Assembly (NCBI GenBank): GCA_963751345.1
Contig: CAVVUS010000026.1
Location: 1 to 53,121, forward strand
DNA: 53,121 nt
Direction of reading: 5' to 3'
Source: an uncultured Chloroflexia bacterium
Lineage (GTDB): Bacteria > Chloroflexota > Anaerolineae > B4-G1 > SLSP01
The translations under genes and the position numbers were made by a program. Shown one piece after another: positions 11,749 to 21,463 of this stretch (the first letter of the stretch is position 1; every line of letters begins with the position of its first letter). The notes under the pieces are model-generated. The model was not told the DNA's origin and ran no database searches. It saw only the letters and a program-made list of their open reading frames with translations.

Positions 11749-13068
11749 GTGCCAACCTTCATCACCATCTGGGCCGGCCAACTCGTCTCGACACTGGGCT
11801 CGGCCCTCACCGGATTCGCCCTGGGCGTCTGGATCTACCAGATCACGGGCTCTGCGACGCTTTACGCGATCACGCTGCTGGTCTCGGTCGTGCCGAGGAT
11901 CCTGGTCTCCCCCCTGGCGGGTGTGGTCGCCGACCACTGGGATCGCCGCCTGGTGATGATCCTCAGCGACACCGGCGCGGGGGTTAGCTCGCTCTTCGTC
12001 CTCGCGATGCTGTGGACGGGCAACCTGCAGGTATGGCACGTCTACGTAGCGACCGCCATCAACTCAGCCTTCAGCACCTTCCAGTGGCCTGCTTACTCTG
12101 CCGCCACCTCGCTCCTGGTGCCCAAGCGACATCTCGGTCGTGCCGGCGGCATGACGCAGATCGGAGAGGCGATCAGCCAACTCGCCGCGCCCGCCATCGC
12201 CGGCGCGCTCTTCGTGACCACGGGACTGAGGGCAGTCCTCCTGATCGACGTGGCGACGTACCTGGTCGCCCTGACCACGCTCCTCGCGGTCCGCTTTCCA
12301 CGGGCCGAGACGAGCGCGGAGGGGCTGGCGGCCAGGGGATCGTTCTGGAAGCAGGCGATCTACGGGTGGTCGTACATCCGGGCGAGGTCCGGCCTCTTTG
12401 GCCTGCTGGTCACCTTTGCCGTCCTCAACTTCCTGGTCAGCGTGACCTTCGCCCTCTACACCCCGCTCATCCTGGGGATGACCTCGGTCGACGTGCTGGG
12501 CTACCTCAACTCGGTGGCCGGGCTGGGGATGCTGGTCGGCACGGTGCTGATGAGCATCTGGGGCGGCCCGCGGCGCCGGATCTACGGCATCTTTGCCGCG
12601 GAGATGGTGCTGGGGCTGACCACGTTGCTCTTTGGGCTGCGCCTCTCCGTACCGCTGCTGGCGATCAACAACTTCTGGTTCATGCTCGCGATGCCGGTCT
12701 CCAACGGGTGCAGCCAGGCGATATGGCAGACCAAGGTCGCGCCCGACGTCCAGGGGCGGGTCTTCGCCATCCGGCGCATGATCGCCAGCTCGATCGTGCC
12801 GCTCTCGTACGCCCTGGCGGGGCCGCTGGCGGAGAAGCTCTTCGAACCGTGGATGGCCGAAGGCGGCGCGCTCGCGCCGAGCCTGGGGCGGATCTTCGGC
12901 GTAGGGCCGGGCCACGGCATCGCCCTCGTCTTCACGCTGGCGGGCGCGCTCTACATGATCTTCGTGCTCGCCATCCTCCTTCACCCGCGCATCCGGCGGC
13001 TGGAGATCGAGATCCCCGACACCCTGCCCGACCTTGCCGCCGGCGAGGTCGCGATAGCGCCCGCATAG
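11749..13068 (+). CDS. MFS transporter (DHA3/macrolide-efflux-like)
   Basis: W.GQLVS.LGS, GVVADHWDRR, QGRVFA; about 12 hydrophobic segments. Confidence 0.9.
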   Translation: MPTFITIWAGQLVSTLGSALTGFALGVWIYQITGSATLYAITLLVSVVPRILVSPLAGVVADHWDRRLVMILSDTGAGVSSLFVLAMLWTGNLQVWHVYVATAINSAFSTFQWPAYSAATSLLVPKRHLGRAGGMTQIGEAISQLAAPAIAGALFVTTGLRAVLLIDVATYLVALTTLLAVRFPRAETSAEGLAARGSFWKQAIYGWSYIRARSGLFGLLVTFAVLNFLVSVTFALYTPLILGMTSVDVLGYLNSVAGLGMLVGTVLMSIWGGPRRRIYGIFAAEMVLGLTTLLFGLRLSVPLLAINNFWFMLAMPVSNGCSQAIWQTKVAPDVQGRVFAIRRMIASSIVPLSYALAGPLAEKLFEPWMAEGGALAPSLGRIFGVGPGHGIALVFTLAGALYMIFVLAILLHPRIRRLEIEIPDTLPDLAAGEVAIAPA

Positions 13069-13093
13069 TGGTTTGCTAGGCCGGAAGTGCAAA

Positions 13094-13168
13094 TGTCATC
13101 CTGAACGAAGTGAAGGATCTGTGCCTTGCGGAGCCAGACATCCGTCGCCTGACGGACTCAGGATGACA
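13094..13168. repeat. REP-like palindromic element of GTCATCCTGA...TCAGGATGAC type
   Basis: 11-bp terminal IR TGTCATCCTGA / TCAGGATGACA with internal GAACGAAGTGAAGGATCT. Confidence 0.75.
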
Positions 13169-13209
13169 CTTCCCACGAATCAGGTTAACTGACCCATAGG
13201 AGGCCAACC

Positions 13210-14075
13210 GTGACCGAGCTATGAGACACTCCAGCAACTGACCGATCGCATCTACTATCTGCCGGCCGATCACCGCACCGACCGCCCGATCCTGGCCGCG
13301 ATCCTGGGAGACCGGCGCGTGCTGATGGTGGACGCGGGCGCGTCGCCGGCGCACGCCCAATTGTTCCTTGACGAACTGGACCGGGTGACACACCGGCGTC
13401 CGGATTGGGTCGCGCTCACGCACTGGCATTGGGATCATACGTTCGGCCTGAGCCACCTCTCGATCCCGTCGTTTGGGCACGTGGCCCTCGCCCGAAACCT
13501 GGCGCGGCTCCAGGGGCTGTCCTGGACCGACAAGGCGCTGGCGGAGCGCGTGGCACGTGGCGAGGAGATCGCGTTCTGTGCCGAGAACATCCGCAAGGAG
13601 TACGGCGAGCGGCGCGACATCGACGTCGTCCTGCCCACCATCACGTTCGAGCGAGCGGTCACCCTGGATCTCGGCGGCGTCAGGTGCGAGCTGCACCACG
13701 TCCCCACCGACCACACCGACGATGCCGTCGCGATCTACGTGGTAGAGGACGAGGTGCTCTTCCTCGGGGACGCCCTGGGCGAGAACCTCTATGCCGCGCC
13801 GCCCTACTACTCCGCCGGCAACGTGAGCAAGTTGATGGCGGCCATCCGCCGTTTCCCGGCTCGATGGTTTGTCGAGTCGCACAGCGCGCCGATGCGCGCC
13901 GAGGCGTTCTGGGCCGACAACCGCATCCTGGTTGTCGTCGCTGACGCTGATCCACGAGGGGATCACGGAGGAGGAGGCCCTCGTCGACGCGATCGAGCAG
14001 CGCATGGCGGGGCAGCTCCCCGAGGACTACCAGGAGATCGCGCGCCTGTTCCTCAATGGGCAGGGACTGGGGTAG
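13210..14075 (+). CDS. MBL-fold metallo-hydrolase (indels near 13216 and 13940)
   Basis: DRPIL, VDAGAS, THWHWDH, DHTDD, FLGDAL; AGGAGG before GTG 13210. Confidence 0.8.
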
Positions 14076-14137
14076 GTACTTTGCGCTGCTACGTTCGGTG
14101 ACTCCGGCTGTATGAGAGCATAGCGAAGATACGCTCC

Positions 14138-14342
14138 CTGGTGATTCGAGGTACCGGCATCCGCGTGCAAGACCATCGTCGTGGCAGCGACGCGATGGGA
14201 GATGACACCGGCACAGATCGCGGCTGAGTGTGAACTGACGGACGGGCAAGTGTCCGAGGCCCTGGCGTTCCATAAGACCCACAAGGAAGAGATCGACCAA
14301 GCGATCCAGGCAGAAGCGGCGCTGGAGCAAGCGAGCGCCTGA
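14138..14342 (+). pseudogene. DUF433-type antitoxin fragment (5' end missing, 1-nt shift); not in the ORF track
   Basis: Hand translation gives VIRGTGIRVQ/TIV...MTPAQIAAECELTDGQVSEALAF...EEID. Confidence 0.65.
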
Positions 14343-14471
14343 ATCGCAATGAGGCCCACGCTTTCAGCCGTATGTTTACGGTGACTTCTCTCTAGAAGAG
14401 GAGTACGGAAAATGGAAAGCCTGACCTCAAGTTCGAGCCCGGGAGCTAATCGAGCGCTGTGATACCGTTAC

Positions 14472-14942
14472 TCATCTTTGCTGTGGGCTTGGCGAGGTAG
14501 GGAGGATGAGCACCTCGACAGCTTCTACTCGTTTGAGCCGTACGTCGTTGGTGAGGAAGACAGCGGCATGCCACGTCAGCGCCGTCGCTAGGTGGATCGC
14601 ATCCGGCGTGGGCACGCCATATTCGGCCCGCAGCTCAGCCATCTGCTCCATAATGTCCAGATCGGCGTTCACCAACGTCAGGCCAGGAAATCGGTGAAAG
14701 ATGTCGCGGTAACGCATCAATAGATCGTCATCGCCAACTTTCTTGACGCCGGTGAAGACTTCTCCGGCGGCTAGCACCGAGGCGCAAGCCTCGAAATCCC
14801 CATTGGACAGCGCCTGGAAAACGGCTTGGGCTGAGGGTCCATAGTGCGGATGGCGCTCAAATGCATAGATGAAGATGGACGTATCCAGACAGACCCGGCC
14901 GGCAGCCGTGAGATTGCGGAGTAAGTCGCTCAGCTCTCCCAC
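14472..14942 (-). CDS. vapC: PIN-domain toxin (VapC family)
   Basis: LDTSIFIY, GE, TPDAIHLATA, LTND acidic PIN residues. Confidence 0.9.
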   Translation of the reverse strand: MGELSDLLRNLTAAGRVCLDTSIFIYAFERHPHYGPSAQAVFQALSNGDFEACASVLAAGEVFTGVKKVGDDDLLMRYRDIFHRFPGLTLVNADLDIMEQMAELRAEYGVPTPDAIHLATALTWHAAVFLTNDVRLKRVEAVEVLILPTSPSPQQR

Positions 14943-15175
14943 GCGCCTCGCTCCTCAGCCAGGAAATTCTCGCCGCCTCCTAGTTCCCTCCAAATATCCT
15001 CGCCCAAGCCATAGATGTAGTCGGCCCAATCGTCGGGCTCCGGCAGAAGGCGTACGATATCACCCTCAACGACGACGAGAATGCGTCCTCCTGGCTTGAT
15101 ACCCAGAGCTTCCCGTGCCTCCTTGGGCAACACCATCTGGTTACGGCTACTTAACTTTACGACCACCGCTGACAT
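14930..15175 (-). CDS. AbrB/MazE/SpoVT-family antitoxin
   Basis: KLSSRNQMVLPKEAREALGIKPG; overlaps the toxin start. Confidence 0.9.
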   Translation of the reverse strand: MSAVVVKLSSRNQMVLPKEAREALGIKPGGRILVVVEGDIVRLLPEPDDWADYIYGLGEDIWRELGGGENFLAEERGAWES

Positions 15176-15193
15176 GCTGCGCCTCCTGTAATT

Positions 15194-15242
15194 CGCTTTG
15201 TGAATGCGATGATCACAAAGTATACTACGCTTTCACAAAGCG
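15194..15242 (-). promoter_or_regulatory. TA promoter with operator half-sites
   Basis: CTTTGTGA (15196) and TCACAAAG (15213, 15233) surround a minus-strand TATACT at 15219-15224. Confidence 0.65.
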
Positions 15243-15305
15243 CACAGATGTCGAGTACATTCAATCGAGCCCCACACACCTCTGCCCGATCTCTTCTTGA
15301 GAGAA

Positions 15306-15354
15306 TTGGGCCAGACCTGCCAACCTCGAAGAAGGATTGACGGATCTGGCCCAA
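15306..15354. terminator. Hairpin downstream of the GH146/127 gene
   Basis: TTGGGCCAGA / TCTGGCCCAA 10-bp IR plus imperfect inner pairing. Confidence 0.45.
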
Positions 15355-15384
15355 AGACACCAGCAGCGGGATTCGATCTGTCGG

Positions 15385-17192
15385 CTACTTCCCGCCGACC
15401 TCCCTGACCGGAAAGTAGACGGTGAAGGGCTGATCCACGATCTCGTACAGCGGGAGCAGGCGGAAGTCCTGCGGCTGGCCCACAGTCCGGTAGCCGCCCT
15501 GCCACAGGGCCCACTCGCGCTCGTTGTCCGGCTTGAGCATCGTGGCGGGTCGGTCCTTATCTCCGTAGATCGCCCGCGGGCCGTCCACGAGGCCGGCAAG
15601 CACCACCGGGCCATCCATAAAGGCCACCGTGTCGGGTTCGTCGGGCAGCGGGCTGGTGCCGAGCGCCTTGGGGAGATCGATGTGCACGGTATCGTGGCCC
15701 CAGGTCCGGGTCAGGCTCACGTACGTTGAGGGTACACTCTCCACGTTCTGACGCTCGCCGTTTATCGTGATGCCCACCGTGCCGCTCAGCCACCAGGGCA
15801 GGCGAATCTTGAGCGTGAAGGTCTGGGGGTGCTCAGACGCCACAGATAGGTCAAACGCCCAACTCCCCGGCCGGTGCGCCGACCCGAGCTGCGGATCCTC
15901 AGCCAACGTGACCTTCACCGTTCCGCCGTCGCGCCGCCAAGTCAGGTCGCCGGGGATGTACTGGGCGAGCACCAGGCCCTCGTCGTCCTCGAAGTAGACG
16001 TGGTCCGCATAGATGGTGTGGGCCTGCACCAGCGAGCCGTGACAACACCAGAAGTCGTGCGTCGGCGTCCCCCAGGCTTTGACCGATCCGGGCCGGAGCG
16101 GCAGGAAATAGGCGATCATGCCCGTCCGGGGGTTCTGCTGCGCGAGGATGCCGTTGTAGAGGTTGCGCTCCCAGTAGTCGGCATAGGTCACGTCGCCGGT
16201 CCAGCGCAGGAGATAGGTCGCCAGCCGCATCATGTTGTAGACGGTGCAGTGCTCCTGGGTCTTCTCGCCCAGGCGCGCTGCAAAGGCGAACGGCGGGGTC
16301 CAGATCTCGCCGTCGGTCTGTCCCGCCGGTGCAGAACGCCCCCCGCCGGGTCACCGCCCAGTCCCAATAGGCCTCGGCGATATCGCGCCAGCGCTGCTCG
16401 CCGGTGACCTCCCAGGCCCGCGCGGCCCCCTGGGCCTCGGGGATGGTGGTGTTGGCGTGCATGTTGGTCAGCGCGTCCTCGCCCGCCAGCAGCCGCTCGA
16501 AGAGCCGCGGGCGGTCGTAGCGCTCCATCAGCTCGCGGTGTCTGTCGTTGCCGGTGATGCCGTAGAGGTTGGCCCACGCCTCCAACATCCCGCCGGTCTC
16601 CACGTCGAGGATGTCGTCCATCTCGTCCCGCGAGAACCGGCCCGTCCACCGGTAGAACCACTCGGCCCAGCGCTCGAGGATGTGAAGCGCCTGATCGCTG
16701 CCGGCGTAGGCCACCATGTCGTACAGCCCCATCAGCGTCTTGTGGAGCGTGTAGTGCGGCGCCCAGACGTGCTTCCCGCGGGCCACCCAGTCGAGGTAGG
16801 TCGTGGGGATGGAGCCGGCCCACTCGCCACCGTTCTCGACCTGGCAGCGGCCGAGTTCGGCCACGATAGTGGTCGGCCTTGCCCTTGACCTCAGCATCGC
16901 CGGTGCCGGCGTAGATGCGGGCCGCAGCCGAAAGCCAATGCCCCAGGAAGTGGCCGCGGACCTGGCAGGTGGGGGATTCCCACCCCCAGTGGATGTCGCC
17001 GGGATCGTCGCGCGGCGCCCACAGCCCCGCCTCTATGTAGAAGTTCTGGAGCAAGTGCCGGGTCTCGAGGCTCATCACGTAGCCCCTGTTGAGGTCGAAG
17101 CGCCGGCGGAACTCGCCGGGCCGGAGCGTGACGTCGCCGAGATCGAACTGTCTGAATGTCTGTTGCACGCCCAACCTCCTCCGATTACTCAC
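15385..17192 (-). CDS. Beta-L-arabinofuranosidase-like glycoside hydrolase, GH146/GH127 type (split by indels)
   Basis: GHFLGHWLSA, WAPHYTLHK, ETGGM, HANTTIP, EHCTVYNMMRL, FWCCHGS across three frames; no signal peptide. Confidence 0.82.
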
Positions 17193-18609
17193 CCTGCCCT
17201 ATCGAGGTGATCCAGGATAATCCGGTCCTTCGTCCAGTGGTCGCGATACCAGGTACTCGCCTCGAAGGTGTCGCCGATCGCGGCCATCCTCGCTTGCAGC
17301 CGATCGCGGAAGCCCTCCAGCGCCTCGGCGTAGGCAGGATCACCGGCGAGATTCCGCATCTGATACGGGTCCGCCACGTTGTCGAAGAGCAGCTCCTGGC
17401 GGTCCACGTGGTAGATGGCGTATGTGTACCGCTTGGAGCGCAGCGCGCGCCACTCGTGGCCGTCCTCCCAGATCGCGGTCGCGCCGGTGCACTGCATCAG
17501 CGCCGCGTCCGGCTCCGGGCCCGCTCTCGCCCAGCGCAAAGGCGCTGAGATCGGCCCCCTCGACCTCGCCGGGGACCGGCAGGTCGAGGAGGGAGAGCAG
17601 CGTGGGCATGACGTCGGGCGTGTTGAGGCAGGCGTCGCTGACCGCGCCCGCGGGCACGTGGCCGGGCCACCGGATCAGGAACGGCACCCGCGCCGCCTCG
17701 TCGTAGAAGATGTTCTTGGCGCGCCGCCCGTGGGCGCCGAAGCACTCGCCGTGGTCGGAGGTGAAAACGACGATCGTGTTCTCGCGCAGGCCGAGCTCGT
17801 CGATCGCGGCCATCAGCCGCCCGACGTTCCGGTCGAGGTTCGCCGTCATCGCGTAATAGACGCGCATCCAGTCCGTGATCTGCTCACGCTCCTCGGGCGA
17901 CAGCCGCGCCCACGCATCAGCGTGCGGGTCGTTCTCCGGCACGTAGTTCGGCGGCAGCGAGAAATCCACATCGGCAAACATCGCCAGGTCCTCCGCGGGC
18001 ACGTTGTCGGCGTCCCAGGGGTCGTGCGGCGTCCCGTAGGAGAGAAAGAGCGCCAGCGGATGATCCGCGTCCGCGGCGCGACGAAGCTGATCGATGGCGA
18101 GATCCGTCTGGCCGTCCGGCTCGTACCCCTCCATCGTGATCCGCTCGGGACTGTTGGTGTGGTAATAGGCGTCGACGTAGGTATGGTGGAAGCCGTACGA
18201 GGCCCAGAAGCCGTCGAAGCCCAGCCTGTAGGGGCCAGGGGGCGTGAAGGAGTTGCGCGGATCGTCGTGGTGGCCCAACTGATTGGCCCACAGGTGCCAC
18301 TTGCCGATGTAGGCCGTGTCGTACCCGCCGCCGGTGAGGACGTGGGCGAGGCAGTGGTGGTTCGGGTTCATCCGCAGCTCGTTGATCACCATGCCCGGTC
18401 GTGGTGGTGTAGGTGCCGGTGAGCAGGCTCGCCCTGTAGGGCGCACAAACCGGATGACCGGAGACGGCATTGCAGAAATCGGTGCTCTCCGTGGCCAGAT
18501 GATCGATGTTGGGCGTATGGGCCAGCAGGTCGCCGGCGTAGCCGCACGAGCGATAGCGGAGCTGGTCCGCGAAGACATAGATCAGGTGGGGACGTTGGTG
18601 TTTGGACAT
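17189..18609 (-). CDS. Cys-type formylglycine sulfatase (split by indels)
   Basis: FADQLR, CAPYRASLLTG (CxPxR), GKWHL, PHDP, FTSDHGE. Confidence 0.9.
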
Positions 18610-18676
18610 AGATCTCCGATGTCACTTGCGATGGTGAAGTCGCCGCCGCATAGGCCGAAGACCATCCTTGTCATCA

Positions 18677-19228
18677 TCAGAACAAGAACGGTACGAACCT
18701 CCTGGTGTGGCTCATATACGCCTCATACGCCGGACCAAAGAAGCGGACACACTCGACCTCGTCTGCCTTAGCTGTAGCAAGCAGGAAAGCCGTCGCAGCC
18801 AACGCCAGCAGTGCACCGTACCAGGTCAGGGCTTTGAAGGCTATCCCCCAGGTCAAGAACAAGAGCGAACTGTAGAGGGGGTGGCGGATGTAGCGATAGA
18901 TGCCCGTACTGACCAAAGCGGTGGTCTTCTCGAAAGCCAGCAACTGGGGTTCAGCCTCTCGATGCTTCGCCGGCCTTCCTCGACTGACCAAAGCGCGAAC
19001 GCCGAATGTAAGCGGAACAATGCCCGCAGTGAGCAGAAACCATGAGACGAGCTGATGCCAGGAGAACGGGTCCGTGAACCAGACGTCCACGTTCAGTACA
19101 AACAGCGCAGCGATGAGCTCCCACGCAAAGAAGCGGTAGAAGCCGTGGGAGCGCGGCACACGAAGGGTACGCCAAGATATGCAGACGAGGCAGACCGATA
19201 GCAGGCCAAAGCCGACCCACTTGACCAT
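18677..19228 (-). CDS. Isoprenylcysteine carboxyl methyltransferase/PEMT-family membrane protein
   Basis: LVSTGIYRYIRHPLYS, FGPAYEAY...RFVP. Confidence 0.85.
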   Translation of the reverse strand: MVKWVGFGLLSVCLVCISWRTLRVPRSHGFYRFFAWELIAALFVLNVDVWFTDPFSWHQLVSWFLLTAGIVPLTFGVRALVSRGRPAKHREAEPQLLAFEKTTALVSTGIYRYIRHPLYSSLLFLTWGIAFKALTWYGALLALAATAFLLATAKADEVECVRFFGPAYEAYMSHTRRFVPFLF

Positions 19229-19291
19229 GTCATCTCCGTATCAGAGAATCCATGCGAGGCCCACGTAGCGGCCGGACGATGCACCGATCAG

Positions 19292-20221
19292 CTACTCGAG
19301 CAGCGGTTGAATCTCGGAAAGCTCTGTCGCGGTGAAGGTTCTGGCACCCACCGCGGCGTTCATCGCCGCCTGCTCCGGGGACTTCGCCCCGGGGATCGCG
19401 ACGGGGTTGGCGGGATGCGAGATGACGTAGCGCAGGGCCGCATTGACCATTTCCTCGCCGGGAGCGAAGCGCGCTTTGAGTTTCTCGACCTTGGCGACCT
19501 CGAGCTCGTACTGATCGCGCTGCCTGCCACCCACGTTCCACGATGCACGGACCGAGTCGGTGAAGACCGAGTCATGGGTATACTTGCCCGAGAGCAATCC
19601 CCTGCGCAGTGGTCCGCGAACCATCACGGCGATGCCGTGTGCCTCGCAGTAGGGCAGGAGCTCGTCCTCAGCGGCGCGGTTAAGCATGGAATAGTTCACC
19701 TCTACCACGCTGCACGTGCCATTGACGTTGAAGCGCTTGAGTACCTCCAGGCTGTCGGTGGAGATACCGTAGGCCCGGATGCGCCCTCGCTGTTTGAGCA
19801 TCTCGAAGGCCTCCAGATAGACGCTCGGGTCCTCGATATTGCCCTCATGGCAAAGCTCGACGTCGAGCCAATCGGTGCGCAAGCGATGCAGCGAAGCGTG
19901 CGCACACAGCCGGATCATATCCACCGTGGTCTTGGGCACGCCCTGACCCGTGCGGGCCCCCCAATGGCCGATCTTGCTGACGACATAGACTTGGTGGCGG
20001 ATGCCGGCAAGGCCTGTGCCCAACCGCTCCTCGGACAAGCCGTTGGGTTCGCCGTATGACTCCGCCGTGTCGAAGAGATTGACGCCTGCATCAAACGCCT
20101 GACGAATCGTCGCCCAGGCCGTCACATCGTCGATGTCTCCCCATTGGTTGCCGATGTTCCAGGTTCCGAGGCCAATGGCCGAGACCTGCCAGCCGGTCTT
20201 GCCGAATGCACGCGTGATCAT
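19292..20221 (-). CDS. Aldo/keto reductase
   Basis: IGLGTW, FDTAESYG, SK, SLHRLRTD, IPGAKS. Confidence 0.92.
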   Translation of the reverse strand: MITRAFGKTGWQVSAIGLGTWNIGNQWGDIDDVTAWATIRQAFDAGVNLFDTAESYGEPNGLSEERLGTGLAGIRHQVYVVSKIGHWGARTGQGVPKTTVDMIRLCAHASLHRLRTDWLDVELCHEGNIEDPSVYLEAFEMLKQRGRIRAYGISTDSLEVLKRFNVNGTCSVVEVNYSMLNRAAEDELLPYCEAHGIAVMVRGPLRRGLLSGKYTHDSVFTDSVRASWNVGGRQRDQYELEVAKVEKLKARFAPGEEMVNAALRYVISHPANPVAIPGAKSPEQAAMNAAVGARTFTATELSEIQPLLE

Positions 20222-21249
20222 GATGTCTCCCTGTATGATAGCTGATCAACCATTCTCGTTTGCGACGACCGTCGCACCAGGAGATCTATGGGCAGAACGA
20301 TCTCCTCAGGCCCCTGAGGTTCTGGTTCCTTCAGACGCTTGAGCAGCAAGCGCGTGGCGATCTGGCCCATCTCATAAGCTCGCTGGGCCACGACGGTGAG
20401 GAAGGCGTCCATAGCGAAGGTAGGGGGCAGGTCGTCAAAGGCGACCAGCGCTACGTTGTCCGGCACTCGCAGCCCCGCGTCGCGGAGTGCCCTGAGAACG
20501 CCGATGGCGATGAAGTTATTGGCCGCGAAGTAAGCTGTCGGGCGGGGCGTGAGCGCAAGGACCTGCTGGGTCATCTCGTATCCTCCCGGCTGCGTGAAGG
20601 TGCCGTAGATCACCATCCGCTCATCCACCGGGATGCCGGCCTCAGTCAGCGCACGGCGATAACCGGCAACCCGGTCGACGGCGGTCGATACCTCACGCGG
20701 GCCGCTGAGCATTGCGATGTGGGTGTGTCCAGCATCCAGCAGATGGCACGTCAGTTGGTAGGCGCCACCGACAGAGTCCGATAGCACCGTATCGACCGGG
20801 GCCCATACGGACCGGTCCACGACAACCAACGGCACCTGCTGCTTCCGGATCAGTGCAACGGAACGCGTATCGCTGCGCGTGGGAACCAGGATGAACCCGT
20901 CCACCTGTTTCTGCAGAAGGACACGCACGTAGTCGTACTCTTTCGCCTCCGACTCGTCGGTGTTGCCGAGAATCACACTGAAGCCATCCTCATTTGCGAC
21001 GTCCTCAACGCCCCGCGCCACGATCGGCCAGAAGGGGTTGGCGATGTCGCTCAGCACCAGCGCCAGGGTATGAGTCTCCTTGGACCGCAAGCTGCGCGCG
21101 ATGCGGTTGGGCACGTAGCCCAACTCCTCAATGGCAGCCTCCACCCGCTGACGGGTCGTGTCACTGACGTAGCCGGAGTTGTTGATCACACGCGAGGCCG
21201 TAATAGGTGCGACGCCTGCTCGGTTGGCAACATCTTTAATCGTGGGCAT
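20218..21249 (-). CDS. LacI-family transcriptional regulator
   Basis: TIKDVA.RAGV...ASRVIN, Y.PN..ARSL, periplasmic-binding-fold C-terminus. Confidence 0.95.
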   Translation of the reverse strand: MPTIKDVANRAGVAPITASRVINNSGYVSDTTRQRVEAAIEELGYVPNRIARSLRSKETHTLALVLSDIANPFWPIVARGVEDVANEDGFSVILGNTDESEAKEYDYVRVLLQKQVDGFILVPTRSDTRSVALIRKQQVPLVVVDRSVWAPVDTVLSDSVGGAYQLTCHLLDAGHTHIAMLSGPREVSTAVDRVAGYRRALTEAGIPVDERMVIYGTFTQPGGYEMTQQVLALTPRPTAYFAANNFIAIGVLRALRDAGLRVPDNVALVAFDDLPPTFAMDAFLTVVAQRAYEMGQIATRLLLKRLKEPEPQGPEEIVLPIDLLVRRSSQTRMVDQLSYRETS

Positions 21250-21414
21250 AGGGCTCCCATTGGGATGACGATGTTATTGTACTTGCGTTCGGGTGGGAAT
21301 CAAAACGAGGGGAAGGGAAAGGTTCATCAGGGATCAGGATGACGTCCTGACGTGTGTTAGGATAGCGAACTCACCCGGTGGCGCGATGAGTGTTCTGGGC
21401 AACCGGGTGATCTC

Positions 21415-21458
21415 GCTGACCGCCAACAGCTGACGGCTGACAGCTGATAGCTGTCAGC
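21415..21458 (-). repeat. Period-7 GCTGA tandem array containing a 10-bp palindrome
   Basis: Units at 21415, 21422, 21429, 21436, 21443, 21450; GCTGACAGCT-GAT-AGCTGTCAGC; directly after the gdh stop. Confidence 0.85.
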
Positions 21459-21463
21459 GTCCT

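Noticed and set aside
14460-14471. TGATACCGTTAC, similar to the LacI-like site at 34845
   Set aside because: It sits at the 3' end of convergent genes and lacks the flanking symmetry, so it is probably chance.
15385-18609. Programmed ribosomal frameshifting in the GH and sulfatase genes
   Set aside because: No consistent slippery sites were seen, and the same error pattern affects unrelated genes.
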